NCBI GenBank assembly: GCA_963665665.1
Contig: OY762428.1
Span: 1,280,001-1,344,000, forward strand
Reading direction: 5' to 3'
Length of the DNA: 64,000 nt
Origin: Candidatus Kapaibacterium sp.
GTDB taxonomy: Bacteria > Bacteroidota > Ignavibacteria > Kapaibacteriales > UBA2268
The position numbers and the translations under genes are program-made. Each line of letters starts with the position of its first letter. Position 1 is the stretch's first letter. Of the stretch, positions 52,447 through 63,464 are shown piece by piece. The notes under the pieces were generated by a model. It was given only the letters and a program-made list of their open reading frames with translations. It was not told the DNA's origin and made no database searches.

Positions 52447-54477
52447 TTACTTGTTTTTGGGCAGTGTAATGATAAATTCACTGCCAATATGTAATTCGCT
52501 TGTAAAAGAAACTGTCCCGTTAATCCTTTCAATGTAATCTTTAACAATCGACAGTCCGAGGCCGGTACCTGTGATAGCCCCTACATTTCTGCCACGGTGG
52601 AATGTTTCCCATATCAGGTGTTTGTCCTCTTCAGGTATTCCAATGCCTTCGTCAGAAATTTTTATCAACGCATTGTTATCAACTTCCTGAATCAGAACGG
52701 AAACCTTCTTTCCGTTTGGAGAAAATTTAACTGCATTATTAATAATATTATTAACAACTACTTCAAGAATTCTGGTATCGGATTCAACAAACAAGTCATA
52801 AGGCGGGAATTCATAAACGATTCTGTGCTTATTGTTATCGATATCTTCCGTGCGGTTGATTGAAGATTTCACGAGACTGTTAATATTGATTTTCAGGAAT
52901 TGAACATCTTTCAGTTTTTCACTACGGTCAATTATCAGAATATTTTCCAGCAGATCTGTCATAAGGTCAATTGATTGTTTCACCCTTTCGATCTGCTTGT
53001 TAAATTTTTCGGTATTTCCTTCTTCAAAATATTTTTCAAGGATATAGGTTGAGGTCATCACCACAGTAAGAGGAGTTCTGTACTCATGTGATATCATAGA
53101 TATAAACCTGCTTTTCAGGTCATTTAATTGTTTTTCCTTCTCAAGAGAATCAGAAATCTTCTCTTTTGCAATAATAAGCTGTTCCTGAGTCTTCTTCCTT
53201 TCTTCATTTTCAATTTTCAGATTTTCCATAGCAACTTTAAGCTGTATGGTTCTTTCATCAACTATCTTTTCCAGGTCTTCGTTCAGTTTTCTGATCTGTT
53301 CTTCAGCAGCCTTTATTTCGCGAAGGTCCATAAATGTTTCCAGCAATACCGGCTCATCTTCCATACTGATTTCTATCACACTTTTAAGGATAGGTATATC
53401 AACATTATCTTTTGTCAGGAGGGTTCTTTCAGAGGAATCAACTTTTTGCCCAAAATCAATAATGGGGCATTTCCCAACTTCAGCCGGACAAACCGTTTTA
53501 TGGCATATTATGCAGTTTATTTCATCAAATGATTTATAACCCATTAAATTCAAAGCCGCATTGTTTGCCTGCCTGATCTTCTTGGTTTTATCAATTATCA
53601 TTATTCCGAAGGGCATGGAATCAATAACACGCTGAAGGAACGCCCCTGATTCTTTTAGCTTTTTGTTGGCTTTTTTTCTTTCCTTAATTTCATCAACAAG
53701 TTTAGCTGTTCTTTTTTCAACCTGAATTTCAAGTTTTTGATTCATATTTTTTAGTTCGTCATAGGCATTTGCAAGGTCACCAGTCATTTTATTGAATGAA
53801 TCAGCAAGTTTCTTTATTTCTCCCCCTCTTTTTGTTATAGCCCTTACTGAAAAATTTCCTTCGGCAACATCGCTCAGTTTTTTTGTGATCATTGATATGG
53901 GATTGAAATACATAGTCAGGATAAATACAGCCATCAGAAACCCGATTATCAGAATAATCGAGCTGAATATTGCAGTATAGTTTTTTAATTCGTTGATATT
54001 GGAGTTTATTTCTCGTAAAGAGTAGCAAATCACCAAAGTTCCCAGGCTTTGGTTCCTGTAATTAATCTCAGTACGTCCGAAAAATATATCTCTTTCATCA
54101 CAAAAGCCATTCTTTTTTTGCTTGATTTTCTCTTTTAAGAAATCAATATCGGAATTATCTTTGCTATAGAAATAAAACAACTCATCATCATTGGTATTTA
54201 TCTGTATTATTTCAATATTTCTGTTTAATTTCAGCCCCCTTACTGCATCTTCCACACTCTGAATATCATCAAAATATACACCGGGGCTTATTCCATAAGA
54301 AGTAATTGCTATTATATCATTTACTTTCTCTTTAATATTTTTTCTGGACAGATTATCAATACCCTGAACAAAGTATGAATATATAATCACGGTAAGGCCT
54401 GCTATCAGAAAAAAGAAAGAAAGCAGAAGCTTAGTTCTGATAGATATTCTGTTCAGGTATGATCTTAATTTGTTCAT
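52447..54477 (-). CDS. HAMP-PAS sensor histidine kinase
   Basis: Two TMs, HAMP (EIKKLADSFNKM), PAS, ISHEYRTPL, NAVKFS, DEGIGI and GTGLGL. Confidence 0.92.
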   Translation of the reverse strand: MNKLRSYLNRISIRTKLLLSFFFLIAGLTVIIYSYFVQGIDNLSRKNIKEKVNDIIAITSYGISPGVYFDDIQSVEDAVRGLKLNRNIEIIQINTNDDELFYFYSKDNSDIDFLKEKIKQKKNGFCDERDIFFGRTEINYRNQSLGTLVICYSLREINSNINELKNYTAIFSSIILIIGFLMAVFILTMYFNPISMITKKLSDVAEGNFSVRAITKRGGEIKKLADSFNKMTGDLANAYDELKNMNQKLEIQVEKRTAKLVDEIKERKKANKKLKESGAFLQRVIDSMPFGIMIIDKTKKIRQANNAALNLMGYKSFDEINCIICHKTVCPAEVGKCPIIDFGQKVDSSERTLLTKDNVDIPILKSVIEISMEDEPVLLETFMDLREIKAAEEQIRKLNEDLEKIVDERTIQLKVAMENLKIENEERKKTQEQLIIAKEKISDSLEKEKQLNDLKSRFISMISHEYRTPLTVVMTSTYILEKYFEEGNTEKFNKQIERVKQSIDLMTDLLENILIIDRSEKLKDVQFLKININSLVKSSINRTEDIDNNKHRIVYEFPPYDLFVESDTRILEVVVNNIINNAVKFSPNGKKVSVLIQEVDNNALIKISDEGIGIPEEDKHLIWETFHRGRNVGAITGTGLGLSIVKDYIERINGTVSFTSELHIGSEFIITLPKNK

Positions 54478-54479
54478 AA

Positions 54480-55046
54480 TTAGTCGATAAGCCGTGATAT
54501 TCTCAAAATTTGTGAACTTAGTTTTGCCCCTTCAAGTTTTGATGCTTTCAGGTTGATCAATATCTTTGGTTTACTGTTGAAAAGGTCTATCCCAACGGAT
54601 ATGCCTTTCACAACATATTCAGGAACAGCTGTAAACGAAAGCATTTTGCTTTTCCTGCATTCTTCGGATATATCACTGATCTTAAAGGCCCTTAATGGCA
54701 AAACATATATAATATTGATTTTCTTTTTATCAATTGATTTTGCCCATTCGTTAGTTTTATCCAGATTGATACCATTTATTATAATTTTCCTGTTACTGAA
54801 AACATTTTTATAGTTATTGATTATCTCATCGCTAATTTTTTTATAAGCCGAAAATGATTCTTTGTAGTTTTCCTGATATAAAATATTTACAACCACATCA
54901 TCATCTTTATCAATCAGGTTCCGTTCGAATGTCAGGACTTTTAAAAATATTTTTGCCTGGATACTTTCAGGAACAGTAATACTTTGTGATTTCATACCAG
55001 AAATCACAAATAAAAGCAAAAATAATATTATCATTGTCCTGTTCAT
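54480..55046 (-). CDS. YfiR-family-like periplasmic protein
   Basis: Signal peptide, AKIFLKVLTF and C-terminal INLKASKLEGAKLSSQILRIS. Sits between a TonB receptor and a kinase. Confidence 0.8.
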   Translation of the reverse strand: MNRTMIILFLLLFVISGMKSQSITVPESIQAKIFLKVLTFERNLIDKDDDVVVNILYQENYKESFSAYKKISDEIINNYKNVFSNRKIIINGINLDKTNEWAKSIDKKKINIIYVLPLRAFKISDISEECRKSKMLSFTAVPEYVVKGISVGIDLFNSKPKILINLKASKLEGAKLSSQILRISRLID

Positions 55047-57004
55047 AAACGAATCCCGGCTGACAATCTAATTTCCCTGCCCCGCTGTGGCAGCATTTCC
55101 TGCAAATGTTCATTACCGGCAGGAAGCTTATATTTCAAATCTAATAAATTCCGAACTTTAAAAGAAATATGAAAGTCCTTAATAATTGAATTTTCAATGG
55201 GGATTTTATAAGCAGTATACAAATTAAGTAAATAGTAGTCGCCAGTCTCTTTCATCGCAAATGTTTCCCGGCTGGTCTCATAATATAAATTTGCAGAAAC
55301 TAATAAATTCTTAAATGGATTATGAGAAAATGCCAATTTGAAAATATGATCAGGCATGTTTAATACTAAATTTTGACCGTTTTTCTTCGAACTGATATTA
55401 TAAGTATAGTTTAAATCAACTGAAGTCATATCAGAAGCCTTGACTATAAATATCAATTCCAATCCCTGCATTTCGAAAGATTCCTTATTTACGAATTGCG
55501 CAAGGTTGTCTCTATGATCCATTGCCTGATTAATAAAATCATCTATCCAATTATGAAAAAATCCTAGATCAACAATAAAATTATTAAAAAATATCTTTTC
55601 AAATCTGAGTTCTGCTGATTTGATTTTCTCAGGTTTTAAATTTGGATTTGGTTTAGATTTTCCTTCTTCAAAATAAAATCTTTCATAGATGTTTGGAATT
55701 CTGTATGCCTGGCCGTATATTAATTTTATGGATGAATTTTCGAAAGGATTATACACTAAAGTAAACCTCGGTGAAAATGAATTTTCATCCTTTGAATAAA
55801 TATCATACCTGAGTCCGGACATTAATTTTAAGTTTTCATATAGCTGCCAGCTGTCTTCTGCAAAAAGTGAAACCAATTTGTAAGGATAATCAGCATAAAG
55901 GAATTCTTCACCTGTCATCCAAAGTCGATAATCATTTTTAAAAATATCAAGATATTCAACACCACCCACTAACCTGTTGGCTGAATTAATATCCCAGGTT
56001 AGATCGGTTGATGCACTGAAAACTCTTCCTGTTCCGGAATCATAATAATCAACATAATCATCTTCAAAATATGGATAGACCCCTTTGTAAAAATAGTCAT
56101 CAAAACCCGCTTCAACATCAAGGTTCAAGTTGGGAAATATCTGTTTTTTATATTTTAGCTCTGTAAAGTATTTTCTATCGCGATAAGAAAGATTTGGATT
56201 ATTAAAATCTGTGAACCATGCAGCAGTTGGTATTCCCTTGTTTCTGTTTCCCCAGAAAAAACTAAACTCAAAATCTTTCCACTCAATAGTTGAATACAGC
56301 CCCCAGTATTTTTCCCAATCAAGATTTTCGGCAATCCCATTATTATTTTCCGGTGAATCATATTCAGGAAAATAAGGATCGTCTCCATCAGAATCAGACA
56401 TTGCTCCGTTCACAGAGATTGCAACATCTCCGAATGCTGCATTATAATATCCCTGCAGGCGTTTCTTTTCCAGGCTGCCATAAGTAAAATCAAGCCCTCC
56501 ACCTGTATTTCTTACCGGATCTTTAGTAATGATATTTACTGCAGCAAGCATAGAACCGGTTCCGTACATAGCTGATACCGGGCCCTTAACAATTTCAATC
56601 CTTTCCACATTCTTTAGGTTCAAAAAGCGGTCCACACCATAAAAAGCAGCGTCGAACACAACCTCGTTAATTTTGTGCCCGTTAATTAGCAATGTAATAC
56701 TTCCACCGTAACTTGACAGCCTTTCTACACCCCGTACTCCTGCGTAATCATAGAACATATCTGTCCTGGAAAAAAATCCCGGGGCATCCTGTAGCACTTC
56801 GTTTATAGTTTCATAGCCAAAAAGGGCAATTTTTTCCTTCGTTATGGTAACTACCGACAAAGGAGCATTCAGGGCCTGTTCTTCAATTTGGGAAGCTGTT
56901 GATATTTTCGTATCCAGAAGTTCCATAAGGTCGAAATCATCCACCTTTTCCCTAGGATACAGAGGCAATGTAAGTAGTATCAAAAGCAGATAGTATTTTA
57001 TCAT
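55043..57004 (-). CDS. TonB-dependent receptor
   Basis: Plug motif VERIEIVKGPVSAMYG, SPR, NPNLKPE and C-terminal VRNLLD...GR. Confidence 0.92.
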   Translation of the reverse strand: MIKYYLLLILLTLPLYPREKVDDFDLMELLDTKISTASQIEEQALNAPLSVVTITKEKIALFGYETINEVLQDAPGFFSRTDMFYDYAGVRGVERLSSYGGSITLLINGHKINEVVFDAAFYGVDRFLNLKNVERIEIVKGPVSAMYGTGSMLAAVNIITKDPVRNTGGGLDFTYGSLEKKRLQGYYNAAFGDVAISVNGAMSDSDGDDPYFPEYDSPENNNGIAENLDWEKYWGLYSTIEWKDFEFSFFWGNRNKGIPTAAWFTDFNNPNLSYRDRKYFTELKYKKQIFPNLNLDVEAGFDDYFYKGVYPYFEDDYVDYYDSGTGRVFSASTDLTWDINSANRLVGGVEYLDIFKNDYRLWMTGEEFLYADYPYKLVSLFAEDSWQLYENLKLMSGLRYDIYSKDENSFSPRFTLVYNPFENSSIKLIYGQAYRIPNIYERFYFEEGKSKPNPNLKPEKIKSAELRFEKIFFNNFIVDLGFFHNWIDDFINQAMDHRDNLAQFVNKESFEMQGLELIFIVKASDMTSVDLNYTYNISSKKNGQNLVLNMPDHIFKLAFSHNPFKNLLVSANLYYETSRETFAMKETGDYYLLNLYTAYKIPIENSIIKDFHISFKVRNLLDLKYKLPAGNEHLQEMLPQRGREIRLSAGIRL

Positions 57005-57061
57005 ATCAGGTTTCCGTCAAAATTGTAAGTAAATTTCCCAAAAATCTGTTCTTGATTTTAA

Positions 57062-59023
57062 CTACAAATCAAGGCCAATTTTGAACCTCAAAAACCTTCC
57101 CCATTGTGGAATAGCATCCTGTAAATGTTCATTTGATCCCGGAAGGGAATATTTTTTATCGAAAAGATTATGAACCTTCAAAGAAAAATTAATATTTTTT
57201 ATCAACCAGTTATCAGTTCTAAAAAGATACGATGCAAAAACATCAAATAATACAAGATTGTCAGTATAATTTCCATTTAATGTTTCTCTTTCTGATTCAA
57301 AATTGATATTAGCTGATAAAGTTAATCCTGCTAAAGGTTTTGAACAGACCGAAAATTTATATATATGCTCGGGCATATTTACAACCCTGCTTTCACCATC
57401 AAGTATCAAATGGTAAGTATAATAACTTTTTAAATCCAAAACTTCAGATACTTTAAATATCATATCAATATCAAGCCCTGAAATCGAAACAATATCTGAA
57501 TTTTGAAATTGGAACTGCCCGTCATCAGGATCTTCCACCTGTGAAATAAAGTTAATAATCCAGCTATGGAATAATCCGGCATCAACAAAAAACACTTCTG
57601 AAAACAATTTTTCGATACGGAATTCCCCCAGCCTGTTTCTTTCAGGTTTCAGTGCGGGATTTGCTTTTGCAATTCCGGGGTCCATATATTTTAGTTCATA
57701 TACATTAGGGACGCGATATGCTTCGCCGTAAATCAATTTTATTGCTGAATTATCCATTGGATTGAATACGATTGATATGCGGGGAGAGAAAGAATTATCA
57801 TTAATTGAATAATGATCATATCGAAGCCCCCCGAGAATACTCAGTTTCGAATTTACCTGCCACCGGTCTTCCAGAAAAACTGAAATAATATTATAGGGCA
57901 TATCAAGATTTATATATTCAGCTTCTTCATCCCAATAAATATAATCTGAAACCATAATATTCTGATATTGAAGCCCGCTGATCAGCCGGTTCGATGAATT
58001 AATATCCCAGGCCAATTCTACTTCACTATCAATCCAGCGGCCAAGGTCTGAATCATATTCATCATACACCGCATCTTCATATTCGTATGGATAAACTCCC
58101 TTGAAAAAATACTCATCAAAACTTATTCGTGATTTGATTCCCAAAGAGCTGCTTAACTGTTCGTTATATTTTAAATCGGCAAAGAATCTTCTGTCACGGC
58201 TTCGGGCAGCCATGTCGTTAAATTTCATTTCCCAGGCAGCTGTCGGAACGCCTTTGCTTCTGTTGCCCCAAAAGATACCCAGTTCAAGATTCTTATATCT
58301 GATATCGGAATAAATACCAATATTTTCCTCCCAATCAAGGCCTTCTGCCAAACCATTATTGTTTTCAGGAAAGTCATATTCCGAATAATAATGATCAGGC
58401 CCCTCGGAGCTTAAAGCTGCTCCGCTCAGACTGAATGAAAGGTCATCAAGGGTTCCGGAATATGCGGCCTGCAATCTGCTGCTGCCAAAACTACCATAAG
58501 AAAAATCAAGTTTACCACCGCTGTTTTTCTCCGGCGATTTTGTAATAACATTAATTACAGACAGCATCCCTCCGGTTCCGTATACAGAGGATGCAGGACC
58601 TTTAACAATTTCAATTCTTTCTACATTATCAAGATTAATAATATTTTCCACACCAAAAAAAGCTGCATCAAAAACCACATCATTTATTTTGTGCCCGTTT
58701 AATAGCAGTATCATTGTTCCGCCGTAACTTGAAGGCCTTTCCACACCCCGAACACCAACATAATCATAATTCATATCCGATCTAATAAAAAATCCTCCGA
58801 CATCCCTGAGTACTTCTGTTATCGTTTCGTAACCATGATCGGATATTGTTTCCGAGCTGATAATTTTTATTGATAAAGAAGCATTAATTGCGTCTTCTTC
58901 GGTTCTTGTTCCCGTAACAACTTTCGATTCAAGTAAAGATAGAAGATCAGCATCATTTACGGGGGCAGCCGAATACACTGAACCGAAAATCAATAAAAAT
59001 AAAATTACAATGCACTTACTCAT
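57062..59023 (-). CDS. TonB-dependent receptor (paralog of 55043-57004)
   Basis: VERIEIVKGPASSVYG, NPALKPE and VHNLFDK motifs. Collinear with its neighbour. Confidence 0.92.
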   Translation of the reverse strand: MSKCIVILFLLIFGSVYSAAPVNDADLLSLLESKVVTGTRTEEDAINASLSIKIISSETISDHGYETITEVLRDVGGFFIRSDMNYDYVGVRGVERPSSYGGTMILLLNGHKINDVVFDAAFFGVENIINLDNVERIEIVKGPASSVYGTGGMLSVINVITKSPEKNSGGKLDFSYGSFGSSRLQAAYSGTLDDLSFSLSGAALSSEGPDHYYSEYDFPENNNGLAEGLDWEENIGIYSDIRYKNLELGIFWGNRSKGVPTAAWEMKFNDMAARSRDRRFFADLKYNEQLSSSLGIKSRISFDEYFFKGVYPYEYEDAVYDEYDSDLGRWIDSEVELAWDINSSNRLISGLQYQNIMVSDYIYWDEEAEYINLDMPYNIISVFLEDRWQVNSKLSILGGLRYDHYSINDNSFSPRISIVFNPMDNSAIKLIYGEAYRVPNVYELKYMDPGIAKANPALKPERNRLGEFRIEKLFSEVFFVDAGLFHSWIINFISQVEDPDDGQFQFQNSDIVSISGLDIDMIFKVSEVLDLKSYYTYHLILDGESRVVNMPEHIYKFSVCSKPLAGLTLSANINFESERETLNGNYTDNLVLFDVFASYLFRTDNWLIKNINFSLKVHNLFDKKYSLPGSNEHLQDAIPQWGRFLRFKIGLDL

Positions 59024-59273
59024 AAATAATCCCGCAATATAGTCTAACACGAGCAGGGGCGGATGTATCAATAGTAAATATAGCAATTAATTTTATTAAT
59101 CCAATTATTAATTTTTACCACATCATTATTTCTGAACAATTGAAATATTATCATGTTTGACCCTGGAAAACGGAGAATTGTATCAACATTATTGATCAAT
59201 TTCCTGGAATTAATCGCCCTAAAAGTTCAGTATTCCGGAATTCACATTATCTGAGCAGATGCTTTTGATATTC

Positions 59274-60167
59274 TCAGTTGTAATACTCAAATCTTGTACG
59301 GGTTATCATTTTCTTGCCGGAATCGAATTCGGATTCCAGAAAATGCTCAATTTCCCTTCCAAGAGAGTCATATTTATATGAAAGCACAGTTTCAAGATTA
59401 CGAAATTCAGTTTCATTGGTTTTTGTGTAAACCAATTTGCCGGAATCATCGTATTCGGATATTTCCTTCCTTATTTGAATCCCGTTTTTATATATGATCT
59501 TTTCAACTAAATTATTATTATCATTATATGTATATTCTGTTCTGTCTGTCTCAGTATTATCAGGCAGGGTAGTTGTTTCCAAAATTTTATTGCCCCTGGA
59601 ATCCTTATTTACAGCTATCCTTTTTATTAATGTTTCGCCGAATCCAAGAATATCGATAAGTGTTTTACTGTCGTTATAGGAGTAAACAGACCGTTGAAAA
59701 ACCGATCCATCCCTGTTATACCACACCTGAAGACTCTTGTTTCCGTCATCATCGTAAAGATATTCGTATTTCAGATATTTTTCATCATCAGCATTAAAAG
59801 CATATTCCCTGATAATATTTCCTTCGTCGTTATACTCATACTCCGCCGATCTTAATTGGAATTCCTCTACTTTTTCTCCGTTTGAATACCTTGTTTCAGC
59901 AAAAGCAATTTTGTTGCCACGGCTGTCGTAGGAATAATTTCGTTCCTTTTGCAGGCTTCCGTCTGTACCAAAAAATTCTTCTTTGGCCAGGTTGCTTTTC
60001 TCGTCGTAAAACCTGACAAGGCGATGCCTGACTTCACCGTCCTTTATAGCCTCCTGGATTATTTTTTTCAGGCCATTATTATTAGTATTGGCATGCAATG
60101 CTGAAATAAATACTGCTGATATAAATACATAAAGCAATAATGCTGGCAGACTTTTGAATCCGGACAT
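59274..60167 (-). CDS. Secreted YD/RHS-like repeat hypothetical protein
   Basis: Signal peptide, repeated Y.Y(D/N)..GN motifs, AGGAGG RBS. Confidence 0.75.
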   Translation of the reverse strand: MSGFKSLPALLLYVFISAVFISALHANTNNNGLKKIIQEAIKDGEVRHRLVRFYDEKSNLAKEEFFGTDGSLQKERNYSYDSRGNKIAFAETRYSNGEKVEEFQLRSAEYEYNDEGNIIREYAFNADDEKYLKYEYLYDDDGNKSLQVWYNRDGSVFQRSVYSYNDSKTLIDILGFGETLIKRIAVNKDSRGNKILETTTLPDNTETDRTEYTYNDNNNLVEKIIYKNGIQIRKEISEYDDSGKLVYTKTNETEFRNLETVLSYKYDSLGREIEHFLESEFDSGKKMITRTRFEYYN

Positions 60168-60326
60168 TTTACCTCCTTATAAAAATTCAATACTACTTAG
60201 TCCTGACCCTGATATAATATACAATTTTTTAATTAATAACTGCAATATTTTTCTTTCTTGGCTTTAATTGCTAATTTTACGACTAAATACTTTTAGAATG
60301 AAAAATTAAATTTGATACGGATAAAA

Positions 60327-61250
60327 ATGAAAAAAGTAATTATCGGAACACGTGGATCGAAACTGGCATTGTGGCAGGCTGAATTTATAAAATCTGAAAT
60401 CGGGAAACTGAACAAAGAAATTGATGTTGAGCTTAAGCTGGTAAAAACAAAAGGAGACAAGATCCTGGATCAGGCGCTTTCGAAGATAGGCGATAAAGGC
60501 CTTTTCACGAAAGAACTTGAAAACGAACTGCTCGCTGGAAACATTGATCTGGCTGTACATTCCCTGAAGGACCTGCAGACAGAAATTGCCCCGGGCCTTA
60601 AAATTGCCGCTGTTACTAAAAGGCACAATGTAGAGGATGTTCTGATTGCAAGGGATAATGGAGCAGGAATTAGTGACATTCCCCGGGGGGCTACTATTGC
60701 CACGGGGTCTCTCCGCAGAAGAGCACAGCTGCTTCATATCCGTCCGGATATTCATACCGTTGACCTTCGGGGCAATGTGCCAACAAGGATAAATAAATTC
60801 AAAGAATCTGACTGGTATGGAATAATACTGGCCCGTGCCGGGGTGGAAAGGCTGAACCTTGAAAAACACATATCTTCGATAATACCGCTTCAGCAATTTC
60901 TTCCGGCCGTAGGGCAGGGAGCTCTCGGAATTGAAATCTCCGATAACAATGAGAATGCAAACATGATTGCAGGCCTGTTGAACTCATCAGATACATGGGA
61001 CTGCATTAGTGCTGAAAGAGCATTCCTAACCGAACTTGGCGGCGGATGCCAGACCCCCATAGCAGCTTATGCGTATCTGAATAATGATATGATTGTTCTT
61101 GATGGACTTGTGGCATCACTTGACGGCAGGATATACATGAAAGACAGAATATCAGGCAGCAGAAATAATTCCGTAGATATTGGTAAAAAGCTTGCCCAAA
61201 CATTACTGAAAGCCGGAGCTGAAGATATTATGGCAGAAATCAGGGGTTAG
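60327..61250 (+). CDS. hemC: Hydroxymethylbilane synthase (porphobilinogen deaminase)
   Basis: IGTRGSKLALWQ, KGLFTKELE, VHSLKD, LRGNV.TR and GGGCQTP motifs. Confidence 0.97.
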   Translation: MKKVIIGTRGSKLALWQAEFIKSEIGKLNKEIDVELKLVKTKGDKILDQALSKIGDKGLFTKELENELLAGNIDLAVHSLKDLQTEIAPGLKIAAVTKRHNVEDVLIARDNGAGISDIPRGATIATGSLRRRAQLLHIRPDIHTVDLRGNVPTRINKFKESDWYGIILARAGVERLNLEKHISSIIPLQQFLPAVGQGALGIEISDNNENANMIAGLLNSSDTWDCISAERAFLTELGGGCQTPIAAYAYLNNDMIVLDGLVASLDGRIYMKDRISGSRNNSVDIGKKLAQTLLKAGAEDIMAEIRG

Positions 61251-61304
61251 TTCCCTGATATTCAGCATTTTATACTTTTATCATGGAGTTGGTGATACCA
61301 AAGT

Positions 61305-61415
61305 ATCCCCGCCGGCGCCGACGTGTCGGGGAAGGGCGGGGGTGGATTCTTTTTCCGATTGAAGTTATTATAGTTGCTGGGATGTCATTCTGAGCGAAGC
61401 GAAGAATCCATTCTT
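61305..61415. repeat. REP-like palindromes
   Basis: CCCCGCCGGCGCCGAC...GGGCGGGGGTGG, and GTCATTCTGAGCGAAGCGAAGAATCC at 61384-61409, the same family as 2042 and 11562. Confidence 0.7.
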
Positions 61416-61568
61416 ATTGCATTATCTGCGCATTCAGCGAGTTTATCAGGGCCTGCTTTATTTTGCTATCATCAAGTTTGAAATATGAATTTAATTTCTT
61501 ATTTTATGCCACCGACAAAACAAGCCGGAAAAACTTTAAAATGATGATTATACTACTCGGATTTTCAA

Positions 61569-63464
61569 ATGACAATCGAACAATATCTTGATAGTATTAA
61601 CAGCCGCTATAAACTTGGAAACGCTACCGAACACAGTTTCCGCGGAGACCTTCAGCAGCTTATCGAAACTATTGCGCCCGGCGTTCAGGCAACGAACGAA
61701 CCAAAAAGGCAGTCCTGCGGCGCTCCCGATTATATTATAACGAAAGGAAATATCCCGCTCGGATTTATCGAGGCGAAAGATATTGGCGCCGCCGACCTCG
61801 AGGGAAAGAAAAAAGCCGGCAATAAGGAACAGTTCGACAGGTACAGGGCTTCGCTTTCAAATCTTATATTTACCGATTACCTGCGCTTCCATCTTTACCA
61901 CGACGGCAAGATTGTCAGCAAGATAGAAATTGCCGAAATCGACGATAAAGGAATAACAGCCTTACCTGATAATTTCCCCGCTTTCGAAAGCCTTATAAGG
62001 GATTTCTGCACTCATATAGGCCAAACAATTAAAAGCCCCAAACAGCTTGCCAAAATGATGGCCGGAAAAGCCCGGCTGCTTTCCGATATTATCGAAAAGG
62101 CGCTGAACAGCGACGAAGAGAACGAGGAAAACAGCTCGCTTAATGACCAGATGGCGGCATTCAGGGAAATACTTATTCACGACATCACCCCGAAAGGCTT
62201 CGCGGATGTTTACGCCCAGACTATCGCCTACGGTATGTTTGCCGCGAGGCTTCACGACGAAACACTGAATGATTTCAGCAGGCAGGAAGCCGCCGAGCTG
62301 ATCCCGAAATCCAATCCCTTCCTGCGCAAGCTGTTCGGATATATTTCAGGTCCGGATATTGACGACCGCATTAAATGGGTGGTGGACAGCCTTGCCGAAA
62401 TTTTCCTTGCCACCAATGTTGAACAGATTCTGAAAAACTACGGCAGGCAAACAAAAACCGAAGACCCCGTTATCCATTTCTACGAAACTTTCCTGAGCGA
62501 GTACGACCCAAAACTGCGTAAATCGCGCGGCGTATGGTATACGCCCCAGCCCGTTGTAAATTTCATTGTCCGTGCGGTGGATGACATTCTGAAAACAGAG
62601 TTCGGGCTGCCGCAGGGACTGGCAGATACATCAAAAACAAAAATAAAAATTGATACCCAGGAACGGGACAAACGCTCTTCCACGGGCTTCAAACAAATGG
62701 AACAGGAAGTGCACAGGGTGCAGATTCTTGATCCCGCGACGGGTACGGGAACTTTCCTTGCCGAGGTGATCAGGCACATACACCGGAAGTTTAAAGGACA
62801 GCAGGGAATATGGAGCAGCTACGTGGAAAACCACCTGCTACCGCGCCTGAACGGATTTGAACTGCTGATGGCAAGCTATGCGATGGCACACCTGAAACTT
62901 GACCTGCTGCTGAAAGATACAGGATACGTCCCGACAAAGGAACAGCGTTTCCGTGTATTCCTGACCAACAGCCTGGAAGAACACCACCCCGACACCGGAA
63001 CGCTATGGGTAAACTGGCTGAGCGCCGAGGCAAACGAGGCCAACCACATAAAACGCGACACCCCGGTTATGGTTGTTATGGGTAACCCGCCCTATTCGGT
63101 CAGTAGTTCAAATAAATCCGAATGGATAGAAAAGTTAATGGCGGACTACAAGAAAGACCTGAACGAGAGGAATATCCAGCCGCTTTCGGATGATTATATT
63201 AAGTTTATCCGTTATGGGCAATATTATATCGAGAAGAACGGCAGCGGAATACTTGCCTATATATCCAATAATTCATTCATTGACGGGATAATTCACAGGA
63301 AAATGAGAGAACATCTGCTGAAAACATTCGACAAAATTTATATCCTTGACCTGCACGGCAACAGCAAGAAAAAGGAAACAACCCCCGAGGGCGGAAAGGA
63401 CGAGAATGTTTTCGATATTATGCAGGGGGTGAGTATTAATATTTTTGTGAAAAAGAGCAGTTAA
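61569..63464 (+). CDS. Type ISP/IIL-like restriction-modification protein (N6-adenine methyltransferase), apparently C-terminally truncated
   Basis: N-terminal PDY...FIEAK nuclease-like motif, GVWYTPQPVV, ILDPATGTGTF and GNPPY. Stops right after ENVFDIMQGVSI. Confidence 0.85.
   Translation: MTIEQYLDSINSRYKLGNATEHSFRGDLQQLIETIAPGVQATNEPKRQSCGAPDYIITKGNIPLGFIEAKDIGAADLEGKKKAGNKEQFDRYRASLSNLIFTDYLRFHLYHDGKIVSKIEIAEIDDKGITALPDNFPAFESLIRDFCTHIGQTIKSPKQLAKMMAGKARLLSDIIEKALNSDEENEENSSLNDQMAAFREILIHDITPKGFADVYAQTIAYGMFAARLHDETLNDFSRQEAAELIPKSNPFLRKLFGYISGPDIDDRIKWVVDSLAEIFLATNVEQILKNYGRQTKTEDPVIHFYETFLSEYDPKLRKSRGVWYTPQPVVNFIVRAVDDILKTEFGLPQGLADTSKTKIKIDTQERDKRSSTGFKQMEQEVHRVQILDPATGTGTFLAEVIRHIHRKFKGQQGIWSSYVENHLLPRLNGFELLMASYAMAHLKLDLLLKDTGYVPTKEQRFRVFLTNSLEEHHPDTGTLWVNWLSAEANEANHIKRDTPVMVVMGNPPYSVSSSNKSEWIEKLMADYKKDLNERNIQPLSDDYIKFIRYGQYYIEKNGSGILAYISNNSFIDGIIHRKMREHLLKTFDKIYILDLHGNSKKKETTPEGGKDENVFDIMQGVSINIFVKKSS

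Noticed and set aside
59024-59273. Cobalamin/TPP/c-di-GMP riboswitch upstream of the TonB receptors
   Set aside because: No conserved aptamer core could be recognised by eye.
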